Below are positions 12,797-26,075 of a DNA stretch of 64,000 nucleotides, in pieces (position 1 is the first letter of the stretch; every line of letters begins with the position of its first letter). This stretch comes from Vicugna vicugna. Lineage: Eukaryota. Under the pieces are notes generated by a model that worked only from the letters and a program-made list of their open reading frames with translations, was not told the origin of the DNA and did no database searches. The translations under genes and the position numbers were made by a program. The stretch spans positions 5,429,741 through 5,493,740 of the forward strand of contig MU058636.1 in assembly GCA_013265495.1 (NCBI GenBank). Direction: 5' to 3'.

Positions 12797-14454
12797 TACA
12801 TCCCTACCCTCAAATACACCACATATGGCTGTCTGGGAGAAGAGGGAAAAAGAATCTTCTTATCACAAGCAGGGAGGAGGAAATTGCTGTATGTCAGAGG
12901 CAGTTCCAGACATTTCAAGTTATTTGAAACATCAGCTCCTTTTCCCAAAGTGACAGGGAAATGTTAATACTGCATAATGAGTTTCACTATGAGTTAAATA
13001 GGTTATTGGGGGTTAGTGGGAAACTTAGAATCCTTTACCGTTGGTTCTATGAGGAAATGTTCCTCATTTGAATCAGGTCGTTTATAAACTCACTTGCTGG
13101 TAAACTGATGATGATTTATCCTAAGACATAACACTTCACTTCACAAAAGCAGATCAGACAGAAAAGAGAGAACAGAGAGAAGTCAGACAAAACATTATCC
13201 TCATCTGCATTTACATTCTTGCAGGAACAGTTATGAAAGAAAAAATAGCTCTTGAATGCAAAAGACTGCAGATGTGCTTCTAGAGTCTTGTGTTCCGGGA
13301 AGAGAATGACTTTCAGCTGTAATTGAATCATTTGGGGCCACACTCCGTGGGCACAGTAAGGTGATTATACTCAGAAAGGAGGCTTTCAGAATGTCATTTA
13401 GCAAAGGAAAACAGGGCTGGACACCAGTAATAAACTAATGCCCTTGAGCTACTCATTTTTTATCGCAACCTAATTGAAACATACAAATTGCATAATGCTC
13501 CCTGCTTGTGAGAGGGGGCAGGACTGAAATTCAGATGATTGATTCCAAAATTTAGCCACTAAGATAAGGTTTCTTCTTCAACAGAAAATATGTCAGTGAT
13601 CTAATTTCTGAGCAGCCAAGATAAGTGGAACTGTCATTCTGTCCTCCTATTGGAAAGATTCTTTGTCTTCCACATGAAAAGAAAGCTGCACAGATACATT
13701 TTTGTTTCTGAAATGGATTTCTTTTCTTTCGTTCTTTTTTTTAAAGTTATTTAAAGAGTAGATTAAATTAACTGTTAAACTCAAGAGGCCAGATTCTACT
13801 TTTAAATGCACACTCGTGGTTACTGCCTGCAGCAGAAAAGAGAGACAGCCTAAGGACAATTCCATTGTACTCAATGTACAAGTGGGGATATTTGGAAGGT
13901 TCAGGAAGAAGGAGGGGTAGGCCTGCCATCCAGAGGAACATCACAAAGAATAAACTCCAGCTTGGCAAGTTCTTAAAAATTATAATTCCTTTCATGTGTG
14001 TGTGTGTTGGTAGAAGGGCAACCATACTATATTCATAGACATAAGTGCTTTGTCTTTCTTCTGGAACAAAAGATAATAAATCCCAGAGTTACAATTTAAG
14101 ACACGAGTGTCAAAGTGAATCAAAGGGAAGTGACCTAAAATGAATACGTGACCATCTTATTTCACAAAAGACAGATAGGCCACAGTCATTAAATTAGGGC
14201 TGGATAAGACACGACCTGTTCATTCTCTTTGTATGCACCCAGAAATAAGCATACGGATCTCTAGTCAACACTGGCTGGAATGTATTAGAGGTCATGAGCA
14301 TCTTATGTCTGTGTCTTTGTCTAAGTTTGTATGTCCAGGAGCAGGGAAGCATCTCTGAAAACTGCTGATTTATTTTAACAAACACACCTGTCTAAATTTC
14401 AGTTTCATACTTCCACCAGTTTTATACCTCAATCAATACGTTTTTTGATTTTTA

Positions 14455-14800
14455 TTAAATTCTATTGAATACCTATATGTTGAGCACTTTCTATGCAGAA
14501 TACTGGGCTAGGCAGGCACAACAGAGGATCCAAAGAGATGTATTCTCAAACTTCACTCATTATTAGACAAATAAGACAAAAATACTCATAAACATAAAAC
14601 AAATACAGATAAAGAGAGACAGAGGGAAAGAGAACAGAACATGCAGTGGGATTTCAAAGACAAGAAAGATTATATCTACTGGCAAGAGAATTAATATTGC
14701 TTCATGGAAGAAGGACCTCGAAGGATAGATAACAATTCAACAGACAATGATGGCATGAGGTGGGTGTGATTAAGGGGAGTTATAGATTGCTTCAATTTAA
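14455..14800 (-). mobile_element. L2 3' region
   Basis: tattgaatacctatatgttgagcact...gcttcatggaagaagg...gaaggatagata. Confidence 0.5.
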
Positions 14801-15150
14801 AGAAATGGCCGGAAAAAGTCCCAGAAGAGAAAGTGCTTGGTGGCTGAATTTAGCTGAAGCTGAGATGGCAGGAGGCAGAAAATTAGAATAGAAGGAAGTT
14901 CCAAGTGAGGAGTTGGTGCTTGAGTGAGCAGGCACTGGGGTGACATGAGGCCTGTGCTCAGACGGTAGATCCGCGAGTACAAATTCAACATGAAGCTTCT
15001 TCAACATCATTTCCAAGACAATTACTCCACATGACCAGCATCTCTCTCATTTTTTGGAGCTAGTTTTTTAATAATATTTTTTTTCCAAGGGATCCAAACA
15101 TTCTACCATATATATATGAAAGCAAGTTGCAAAACCACATGATCTCAGTT

Positions 15151-15162
15151 TATATGTGTGTG

Positions 15163-15236
<74 letters not shown>

Positions 15237-15240
15237 CATG
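15151..15240 (+). repeat. Compound (TG)4(TA)8(CA)20(TA)9 microsatellite
   Basis: Direct reading. Confidence 0.97.
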
Positions 15241-15306
15241 CTATATAATCCCTTACCAGTAAGCACTGGAGCCATGATCCACACACTTTGTTGCCATCTC
15301 CCCAAA

Positions 15307-15467
15307 GGTATGTTTCTCAACACTGGCTGCATTATCACATACCTGAGGTACTTAAAAAATGATAGTCAACCGCACATCTGATCACCCCAATTGGTGGGCC
15401 CGGACACCCTAGGTGTTAATAGCTCTCCGAGTGATTCTAATGTGCCGACAAAGTTGAGGACCCACTG
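15307..15467 (+). mobile_element. MER5-family hAT element
   Basis: tgtttctcaacactggctgcatta...gtgattctaatgtgc...aagttgaggacccactg. Confidence 0.65.
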
Positions 15468-15905
15468 ACGCAAAAGACTTTTCATTCAGGTGATTAACAT
15501 GATCTCCTGGGGGGGTCCTTATATCACAGCACTTCAAGACTCAACCAGGCTAAAAAAAATAATTTTGAGTAAAGGGACATGTAACATTTTAAACTTAGAT
15601 TTCTACTTCAGTTTTGAATGAGTCAGAGCTATCGTCAGGAAGAAGAGGAAGATAAAAAAGAAAGAAGGGACTGTAACAATAGGTTTTTAATGGCAAAGGA
15701 ACTTTTAGGTGATACTGAAACTGCCGTCTGTGATGACCCTGGGCATGTGAGAATGTTAGAGATTCGTGTACCCATCTTCACACAGCAAAACCCTCTGACT
15801 GGCCTTCAGACCTCCTGATGGGGTCAAGACTTGAATGGTAGGTGGTGAAGCAGGGCCTTTGGCAGGAAGTAGAATGACCTCCATTTCCACAGTAACCCCA
15901 CCCAT

Positions 15906-15969
15906 TCCTCTCTTTCTCTTCCTTATTTTTTCTGTCTCTCTTGTTTCTTCTTCTTCTCCTTCTCCTTCT

Positions 15970-16000
<31 letters not shown>

Positions 16001-16075
16001 TTTTGCATTCCTGTTTCTGCCTCATCTTTGCCCCATATTTTGTTTTCTCTTCTTCCTTCCCTTCCTCAATCTTTC
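15906..16075 (+). repeat. CT-rich tract with (TTC)n core
   Basis: ttcttcttcttctccttctccttcttcttcttcc...; source of the spurious poly-E/S/L/R ORFs. Confidence 0.9.
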
Positions 16076-16854
16076 CAATCACTTCATTTCTTTCTCACCA
16101 ATACCTACTCCCTTATTAACTCCAAACACCTGAATTACACAATATTTTAAACTATTAGTTGTATTTATTGAACAAGCTTGGCAGTTCTTAGTCTTAAATT
16201 TTAGGGTGACAAGTTGAACATATTAGCCAGTTCTCTTTACAATAAATTTTAAATTAGCTCCTCCTCACTAATAAATGGGGAAGTAGTTTCTGATAAAGAA
16301 GAAAACAGAAAACAAAACTCCTTGTCCCCTTGCTAGATATTTCTGATAAAGGAGGAGAAATGAATGCTTCATTTCATAGGAAGCTAGTCATAGGAAATGT
16401 GCTGCATGCAAATTCCCCTGAAAAAGATTTCACATTCTACATGGCATTAAAATGATTGCTAGTTTTATAAATTAAAATGAGAAAAACAAGTTAATAACAA
16501 TATGACACCATTCCCCAAATGTTGAGAGGATTCAGGGGCAGGGAAATCAACACATACCCAGAGATTACCGCTAGCCACAGACAGCTGTCAATGAATTTCA
16601 ATCTCAGCAAAACGCATTATCAAATGACAGCCTGCTTGACCAAAGAGAATATACAATATCATTCCATACAAATTCTTGACCTTACATTTTCATTTTGTCA
16701 TTTTTTTTCTGCCTATACTGGGTTTCTTAAAACAAAATCAGTCCATGCCCATGATTTCTTAAGGATGAATCTCAAAAAACATTTCTTCAAGATTCCTTCC
16801 TTGATCCACACTCCCTGGAATTTCCTTTCAATTATTTCTCTTCTCAGGTCTCCT

Positions 16855-17050
16855 TAGCTGCCTACAATGTGCCAGGCAGTTTCCCAACTTTATATCTAGC
16901 TGCTTCAACAAACTTGTGATGCAGGTATTGGTAGCATCAATTTACAGATGAGGAAATGAAGGCTCAAAGATGTGCAGCAAACTGTCTATATCAGAATGAA
17001 CATAAGCAGAGCTGCTATTCAAACTCATACATTTCATTCTGACACCAGTG
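16855..17050 (-). mobile_element. MIR
   Basis: tgtgccaggc...tttacagatgaggaaatgaaggctcaaaga...attcaaactca. Confidence 0.75.
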
Positions 17051-17754
17051 TTCTCTCGTCTTCTTGTACTGTTTCCCTTCTCTGTTTCTTCCCAATGCCA
17101 TCATATACTAATTATCTGTTATTTTATTGTTATTTTATAGTAACGTTGCATAAGTCAGTTGTATGAAATTTAAAAAAAAAAAATTCTGGAAAATTGTATC
17201 CTAAACGTTGTGAGCAGCAGACATTCCTAGACGTTGTTAAGGAAAACCAGCTACTCTGGGATACCAGTTACCTCCCACTAGTTTATCATACCACACTGAA
17301 AGTTCGCTACGCACTGTCTTGTAATCAGTGTTGCCCTTAAGACAGAAAAGTTCAGTAGAGAGTTAAGGATATGACATGGAATTACCAACACATTTGTTTT
17401 AGAATCCATGCTGGTACAGAGACAGCCTAACACTGCATCCTTTTTAAACCACTGCTTCATATTGCTGGGGTTTCAAACCTCACCTGAAACCCTATGAAGT
17501 CCTGTCTTCCCAATTTTGTATTCACTTTACGATTAACCTAAATAAAAGCTTTACATTTATCCCTGTTTAATTTTAACCTGTCTCTTGTTCCATCCTGTTG
17601 AAATCTTTTTAAAATCCCTAGTTGGCCAATGAATGTACTGGCCATCCTCCCCAGGAAGCCAGCACCCCTTCTACATGTGCCGCCTCCCTGGTCCCACCCC
17701 TCGGTCCCACCCCCTGGGGCTCCTTAGCCTCTATTTGGACATACTTCTGTTCTT

Positions 17755-17875
17755 GCTCAGTAGACTGTCAGCTACATGAGGATGAGGCTCTTGTTTGCCT
17801 TGTTCATTGCTGAATCCTGGCACAGGGCCTGGCATGGCAGAAGCTCAATATGTTTGAATACATGAGTGAATAAAA
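17755..17875 (+). mobile_element. L2 3' end
   Basis: tagactgtcagctacatgagg...cttgttcattgctgaatcc...agctcaatatgtttgaat. Confidence 0.7.
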
Positions 17876-17959
17876 GAAGGGAAAATGGAGACAGAACAGG
17901 GAAGAAAAAAGAAGACATCATAGAGGAAGGAGAGAGAACAGGATGGGCTCAGGGAACAG

Positions 17960-18120
17960 CAAGATGCAGAGTCTGGAATCTAAGATGCTTTGGTTACAAG
18001 TTACATAATGTCTCTGAGCCTCCTATGTTTAATTGTAAAATATCATGATAATGACCTCACAGGACTGACCTGAGAATAAAGGAGGTGACGTATGGGTAAA
18101 CATCTAGTGTCCAGACATTG
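17960..18120 (+). mobile_element. MIR
   Basis: caagttacataatgtctctgagcctc...tgtaaaat...gacctcacagga. Confidence 0.6.
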
Positions 18121-20815
18121 ACGTGGGACCTGCTGCAGCATGGCAGGCTGACCAGCTTTCCCCGGCTCCACTATCAGGGCTGCCAGCGTGATCACACAAG
18201 ACTGTGTGACTCTGAGGCCTCTCAGGCCTCTGGAGTCTCTGGGCCTTGTCCTCACTGCATTGCCTCTCTTTCTAAATGAATCACTTCATTAAAATGGAAG
18301 GTCTATGAACACAGTATGCCAGCCTAGGATGATTCATCCAGCCCAGCTGTGGTCGTCAGAAGAAAACCGAAAACCCTGTGCCTTCAGTACAAAGACTGAA
18401 TAGTCACTATTTGCAGACCTTTTGGTTTCAGTGTCATTTATTTTTGTATTTTCAAAGAGGAAGTGCACGAGACATAACTATGTCAGCAACACGTAACAGG
18501 CTGGTAGACTCTTAGTAAGTGGACACATGTGTTTATACTTCCGAAAGTTTCTCTTTTTGCCAAAAGACCTAACCAGCTGTCAGTAGCAAGCAAAGGCATA
18601 TCTATTTGTTGGATTACCTCCCGCCTCGATGGTGAGCTTTAATGAAGTACATTTCTAATGTAGATGGGAATTTTGAAAGCCTATTTCTGCAAGCTTCAGA
18701 TCTGGTATCCTATTTAGCTTGTCAAGTAATGCTGCTACTTAAAATAAATAACATCTAATCCTGGACCCAACTCCAAAAGTTAATTCCCTTCTTTCTCAAG
18801 ACAGACAAACTAGTAAAACCCTACCTCTGCAGATTTCTGATAAAGCCTAAAAATCTAAACAGGAGGTTTTATTCATCTTGAACGGCTACAGATATAGAAA
18901 TAATCACATATTAAGTAAGATATTCAGATCACTACTATATTCAATATCTTCCATATGATACACCGCCCTCCCGTACCTAAAAAAGAGAACACCACCATCT
19001 TCTAATTCAATTTATTCTGGTTAAATGTATGATTTATCCAAGACTTTGGGTAGATTTTATGTCTCAGGAGCTGCCCTTTATTTGGAATTCCCTGCCTTTA
19101 AGCCCTTCTGGGTTGCCGCACCCCCGGGCACAGCCTATTTTTGACCAGGAGGTGATGAGAACCTGGGTGAGGCTGGCTGGGACGGCCTAGGCAGCAGCAA
19201 CAGAGGAGTCCTGAGCATTCCACTTGGAACACTGAAATAGCTGCAGCACAGTTCCCTGTCATTTGCTTCAACCACACTGAGTGACTAAGAAGTTTTTCAC
19301 TCTACAGGCTGTATTTAGATCTCCCCCTTCTGCACATTTTTAAGTGTACTAAACAGCCAGTTTCAGCTTTGAATAGTTGGCACTTTGTAAATCCTGACGT
19401 TCAATGTTTCTAACACACTGTTGAAGCTGCCAGAGGAACCAATTTGGTCACCATAAACAGTCTTGACCCAGCAGGTGTGTATGTGTCTCACCTGAGTTAC
19501 AGGTGAATTGTTGGAAATCAAGCAATGGAAGATCTCATCCAGAAAGAGAACACTTGCTTAGACATCTTTGTAACTTTTCCCACATCAAATAATTTTGCAA
19601 TATTTTCATCTGAAAGTGCTTTTCCAACTCAATTGGATTCATGCAAATCACAGGAATTTATAGTCCTGCCAGGATGCGGTACGATTAGGATTATAAAGGA
19701 CAGAAATGTGTTTCCTTTGCAGGAGAGCACCAGGGAAACTGGCGGGTTAGAGAAGAACGTCTGTGCCCACCCACCTGAGCCCACTCCACTCCATGAATAG
19801 GTGATCTGGCCCGTCCCTTTCACATTTTCAGATAACTTTAGATACACATAAAAAGGTCACCATAAAACAATTTTTCCATGACACTTAGGTCACAATGTCA
19901 TATGGTATCTCCAAGAATGAAAAAAAGTCCTAACTTTATACCCTGAGAGCACTGTGTTTGTGCTTTGCGCAGCACATCTCCACATGCAGAAAGCATGGCT
20001 TTTCTGGGCTTAAGATGACTGTGGACAACCTGTGCTTCCTAACAGATGTCTGACACCCTGTAGAAATATAGGTGCTATATTCCTCTTTCAGTCATGATTT
20101 TATGCTCACTATTCTTACTCCTCTTTTCCGCTTCCCACAATTAAGGCTAGATCTTTGCACAAAAATCATTTTTAAAAACATTTTAAGCCAATGGTCAGCA
20201 TAAACTTGGCTGATCACTTTCCAGCTGTGTTAGAATATTTCGTCCAGGAAAAACAGAATTATTCCAATAAACACACAGAACTCAGGTTCAGCTCTAAATA
20301 AGTGCTATGCCCACAACATGGGCCACAGAACTTATTGTGACCTTGAGAACGAAATTTGGATGTAATTGTAGTGCTGGTGGGCAAGGGAGATGCTCTCGTG
20401 CAGGGTGAGGCTGTCCGTCCAGAGATGAGGTCTAGGTGGCCTTCTCAGATCACCTAGATCATACATAGGCTTCACCTACGATCCCACCAACAGAGCAGGT
20501 AAAGTCTACTGATTTATGTCAAGTGTGTCTCTGTTTTGTAAGCATATCATCAAAATCTGGAATGAAACTTTCAAAACAGTAACAATCTAAAGATGATGGT
20601 TGGATTTCAACTAGACTGAAAGGAATAGAAATAAAGTCCTCTCTCCAGTGGAAACAAGTTTGCTGAGCAATGAACAAAACTTAAAGGTTAATTTTCAACA
20701 GATCTGCCATAGTCCCCAGGGGAACTCCAGGCGTGCTGCCAACTGGTGATCAATTTGTAAAATGTATTAGTGTAATAATCAAACTTAGGTACTATGGTAC
20801 GATGAATGTTGCACA

Positions 20816-20926
20816 CAGGGTGACCAGCCGGCCCCGTTTGCCTGGGACTGTCTCCATTTTAGCACTAAGAATCCAATGTCCCGGGAAACCCCTGGGTCCC
20901 AGGCAAAGTGGGCTGGTTGGTCCCTA
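20816..20926 (+). mobile_element. MER81-like hAT-Blackjack MITE
   Basis: cagggtgaccagccggccccgtttgcctgggac...gtcccaggcaaagtgggctggttggtcccta; long terminal inverted repeats. Confidence 0.85.
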
Positions 20927-22989
20927 GTGAGTGGAACATTGGGCTGAGAAGGTAGTGGGCCACAAAGCAGGCTGAGGTCAGAGGCACAGCACAAGACCAA
21001 GCCAGCTGCAAAGAGGGTAAGTTGTAGACACCTGACATGCTGGACACCCAAGTGAAGTGGCCAGGAGAAGGTGATGTCAGGATAATAGGTTCTGATAGCA
21101 CTAAAAAGAGAAGTGGAGGGACGCTGTGGGTAACTTTTTGGCACTATAAGATATCACTGTGCTGTATTATAGTCATCTTAGATCCCTTCTCTGGTGTCAC
21201 TAGGTTCGATTGTTTGAAAGTGTGCTGTGAATACGACAAGGCTGAAAACATCATATAGATGTATAAATTGATTCATATCCAAAAAGATCAAAGTATTAAA
21301 ACTCTGTTCTCGGCTTACGATAAGGGATAGATAGATATGTCCTCGCGAACAGGATGGTGAGCAGGACTTTCACTATCATTATCCTAAGGATGAAGACTGA
21401 TCAAGAGCCCCTATCTCTAAGGAGAACTGCTCACAACTGAGGCCAAATTCCTTCCCCCAAGTCTATATGAGGAGTAAATGGGAGGGAAGGTGTCCACAGT
21501 ATAGACAGCCTTGCTGACAGTTTATTTCATGGAGACAAATTCCGTCTTCTTGTCATATAGGCCACATCTTCTGAAGTCGCTAGAGACAGAAAAAATCAGA
21601 CGGAGCCAGAGAGAGCTCAAAGATGCTTCCTCATCACCAGCAAGCAAGAGTCCCAGGCAAAAAGATCTCCGTGCTTGTCCGTCCTCTCTACCACATTCTT
21701 CCAGGGGAGGGAGGGGTGGCTTCATGCTGCATCAATAAGCACTTACTTGTACTGATGGAGGGAAGGGACCAGGGTCTTGGTTCCACCCATCCTGGGTTGC
21801 TGAGGAAGCGCCAATTAGTAGGCCTTCTGCTTATGCTCCCCCTAAGTGACATTCACAATGATGATCTGCAGGTCACATAAGACCCTTCATAATCACCAAA
21901 GAAAGAGTACATGCCTTCAGGTCGATTTTTATATTAAATATAAATAAAAATATAAATACAGACATGTAAGTTTGATTGACTGCACCTGATCACTTTCCAA
22001 CTGTGTTAGTTACCTAGGCCTACGGAAACGCTGACGCAGCTGAGCACGCACTTAACAACAGCAAAAGGATTCATTTTCAAAATTAATTTTCAAACTTGAT
22101 TTCAGGGAGTGCTGAGGTCTGACTGTGTCTCGGGCCCATTGCCAGCCCTGAGCGGTAGCCACTCCGATGTGCGGGTCTGAGCAGGCGGGGGACCTGACAA
22201 AACCGTCCTGGTTGGACGATGTGTGTTTCATCAGCTGCGCCTCTGCTTGCTCAGCCTCCTGGGGACGCGCCTGCTGGTGGGCGCTCAGAGGCTACATACA
22301 GTCGTGTTTCCGTTTTGTCAGTCTCGCAGATTATCACCAGTTGTGTGTGCACACATCTTCACTTATTAACACAGTTTACTTACATTCCTTCAAACCCGTT
22401 AGCACTTAAATCGTTTAAAAACTATCAACCTGTTCATTTCAAGTCCAGAGGTAACACATTCTCTCATCTTCAATTTTTTGAAAACTTTTACTTTTGTTTC
22501 CCATGGTTAGTCGTACTTCTTTCTGGAACTTTGAACCACTTTTCAACTTTGAACTGTTAACTGCTTTAGCATTTATCAGACCAGAATTAGTTCAAAATGA
22601 CTGCAAAAAGCCTTCCTAATCAAGCTTAAACATGACAGGCAGATTAACAAATGTGATGGCAGAAACATAATGATGACTATTGCTGCTAACACACCTGTCT
22701 GGGGTGAGCAGGACCGATAGATTTCAATAAATTTGTTAAAATTATATATGTTAAAATTTTTAAGTTGAATGTAAATAGAGAAGTTTCTGCATTTGAGCCA
22801 CAATGCTTGCAGTGAAAATAAAGTACTCAATCCTTACGCCAATTCCAAAGATACTTTGAAGAGACTGACTATGGAGCTGAAGGTCAGAGAAATTTTTTAA
22901 ATGACTCTGTTTCTTGTCAAGAAGATGGGAAGAACAGATGAAGCTCTAACCACATTAGGTTCCAGGCAGAAAATTAATATAGTCAGTTA

Positions 22990-23300
22990 TTAAACTTGTT
23001 GAGTAGAAGTGACAAGGATTATACATTTAGAGATGTTCATTAACGCAGTCTGAAATACGGATCTGGAAAAGAGTGTAAAGTCTGAGCTGCAGATGTAGAT
23101 TTGGGAATCATCTCTTCGAAACTGGTAATAAAAGCCATGAATGGGGATGAAATCTTGGGGAACACAGAGCCGGGGAGGAATAAGACTTGCTAGCAAAGAC
23201 ATCAGTAACAACTGATGCAAGGAAATAAAGAGCCAATGAAATCAAGGCAAAGAACTTTCATAAGTAAGCAAAGGTCAGTAACTTCAAAAGGTTTTTCTCG
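22990..23300 (-). mobile_element. L2 fragment
   Basis: gtctgagctgcagatgtagatttgggaatcatc...aaagccatgaatggggatgaaatc. Confidence 0.65.
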
Positions 23301-24699
23301 CTCACTCTGCCATGGACTGAATGCTGAGCATCACACTAAGCACTGAGGCTGGAGCGTGAATGCGACTGACACCAGAGCAGCCACCTCAGAGCCTCGGAGC
23401 TCAAATAACACTGGAGATGGTTGAACCCAAGAAGGGGCGGAGGAGGGGAAAGACTGATTTGATAAAGCATAGATTATCATTAAAAAATAATTTGTAGGCA
23501 ATTTATAGAAATATAACCTATGAACCCCCCAAATGATTTTACTCTTACTTTTTTATGGATTGCAATGATTATATCATCATGAGAGTCATAAATTATTACT
23601 AAGAAAGAGGTTGGTTATTGTTATCAGATTTTGCCAGTCTTTCTAGTTCCACCCAGGAAGGCTACAGAAACAAAGCAGTGAGGCCAAATTTCAGCTTGAA
23701 CATCTCCGGGAGTTTGCATTTAACAAGAAAAGATAGTAAATGTAAATATATTTTCCAATTTGTAACAGCTGAGACTCATAAATGGAGATGGTATGGCATA
23801 TAACAGCTGACAGATTATCAGCATGTGTTGGCAAGAGCCCTTTGGCTATTCAAAGATAATTAAAACTCACTATAATCTTCCAGCTGCTTCATTTAGTCAT
23901 TTTGTTTTATATGCATGTGATAAGGCTCTGATTCATTTGAAACGGACAGCTCCCCTTTATTAGCTTTTTGGGTTAAGCTGGTGAGTGACAGTCCCTCATC
24001 TCCAAATCTCCTTCCAGCTACAAAATTTACTCAAAGCATCTTCCTCTGGCTCGAGCATCAGTGGTCCTCATTACCAAGGAGAATTGGGTTCATCCTTTAT
24101 CTGGCATGGTTAAAGCAAGAAATAGCCCACTTGTATTATGTCACTGGAGTAAACGCTTTCATAACCGTCTTCCTTAAAAATAGATGTGCTAAAGAGCAGT
24201 TGTTCTGTGTTTTCAACTGAGGAAAAACCAAAGAGAGAAAGTTTCAACTGGATTTCTATTAAACTTGGAAGCAGTTTAATGACTGCATGCAGACCAATAG
24301 TACAGGAACACATTATCGCAGGGGACCATGCAGTCTTCCATCCCAGAGACTGAGAAGGGGGAAAAAAGGAGCATGGAGGAAGGCAGTAAAGGACAGCCTT
24401 TTTAGTGTGCATTGTTTACCTGCTCTACCTAAAAGGCACAGAGATAGATTATGAAGCGTCTCAGACCATTTCTAAGTGCAGAGTAGCAGAGTATTCTGAG
24501 AACTATTCTTACAGTTTTCAATAAGAGATTTTCAGCTTAATTTTATGTGCAGTTTCTCTACACAAGGAACAAATAGAGGCGTGTACACTTTCACAGCCAG
24601 ACTGATTTAGAGAAGGGCTCCAGCGACTGGGAGTTACATGTACACGGTCATTATGGAGCCACAGTGACCTCCCCTTCCGCTTCCACAAAGAAAACAAGG

Positions 24700-25060
24700 C
24701 TTCTCTTTAATCTGCTGTTCCAAGAATGAGCTGGGCTTTCTCACACTGCAGGGCTACAGCACGTGAGACTTTTCTCCTATAAACTTCTTTCTTTCCTCCT
24801 CTGCTTGGGTGTCTCCTTCGTAAGTCAGCTGGAGCAACTCCTTGTCTTGGAAGCCTTCCCTGAGTACGCAGCGTAGACTCCGTGGCTCCCACCGCACCCT
24901 GCACTTGCACCTACATTGTACTTTTGCCCTGTATGTAACTACCTGTGGACAGCCCGCCCTCCTCACCCCAGCCACAGTGGAAGGTCCTGGAGGGCAGTGC
25001 CCTTGTCTGGCCCAGTTTGTAACAGGTGCCAAATAGGCCCTGAATGAATAAATGAGGGAA
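24700..25060 (+). mobile_element. L2 3' region
   Basis: ccttcgtaagtcagct...ggaagccttccctga...tgtaactacctg...tgaatgaataaatga. Confidence 0.6.
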
Positions 25061-25894
25061 TGGATAAGAGAAACTATCTTTTGAGGAAGAAACTGGTAAA
25101 ACTGATATTGTCCTCATTCTCATAGGGATGGACAATATCTTCTTCCTGAGATTTTGGTAGAAATAAAAAATTAACAGAGAAACCTATTGATCTGGAGGAT
25201 ATCCAGGCAAGAATACTCACAGAAAAGGAAAAGACCTCGTCAAAACAGGCCTCTCATCAGTGTCTCCCTTCTCAAACGTCACACTCGCCTTGGTGTCAGT
25301 CCCCGTGTCCCCGTGATCTGATGTCATCTCAGCCCTGGTGGAGGAGATCCCCTTTGTCCTTATGTTACTATCCTCAGTCACACCTGCACAGCTGTCAGGC
25401 AGAGAGAGTGTGGAAAGTGGGCACATTTTAATTAAGTCTTGGGGGTCAAGGGCAAGAGCTTCTCTGTATACGGTTGAATCAGGTCCAAGAAATCCCCCCA
25501 AAGTGATACCACTTCTGTTTAAAAATCATTACTTATATTCCGACAGAAAACAAATGGAAAGGGTTGACCTATCTCTACCTACGCGGGCCCTTCCGAAGCT
25601 CCGATGGCCTTCCTGATCCCCACTTCTTTCATCAGCACCAGCTCTTTAATCAAGGACAGATGTCGCCCAGCCTCTTCAATACTAGTCTTACTCTGCTGAA
25701 GAAACTCCAGTGGCTCCTCAGCCTTCGGAGCGAAGTCAACTATTTTTGTTCTTTGGTTTTAAGTAACACAGCTGCTCTGCAGACCAGTAATAGCTTCCTG
25801 GTTTTGTTTCTTTCTGTCTTTAAAATAGCAGTTGTAAAGACACACAGGCACACCAGGGCGAGGTACACGGCAAGTAAGGTGTTAGTTACAAGAC

Positions 25895-26075
25895 TGCCAC
25901 CACCCTATTTGCCAAGCGCTTAACATCAGGCATCTTTTGAACATCTGTAGTTCTTATCACAATCCTCTGAGATGGTTGCTATTACTCCCGTTTCTACAAA
26001 GAGCCTGAGGCACAGTGGAGTCGGATAAATTGTCCGAGGTCAAACCACTAGTCCTGGTGGAGCCTCGAGTTTATC
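25895..26075 (-). mobile_element. MIR
   Basis: tcacaatcctctgagatgg...attactcccgtttctaca...ctgaggcacag...tgtccgaggtca. Confidence 0.65.

Noticed and set aside
15756..16150. Poly-Glu/Arg/Ser/Leu ORFs
   Set aside because: Translations of the (TTC)n tract.
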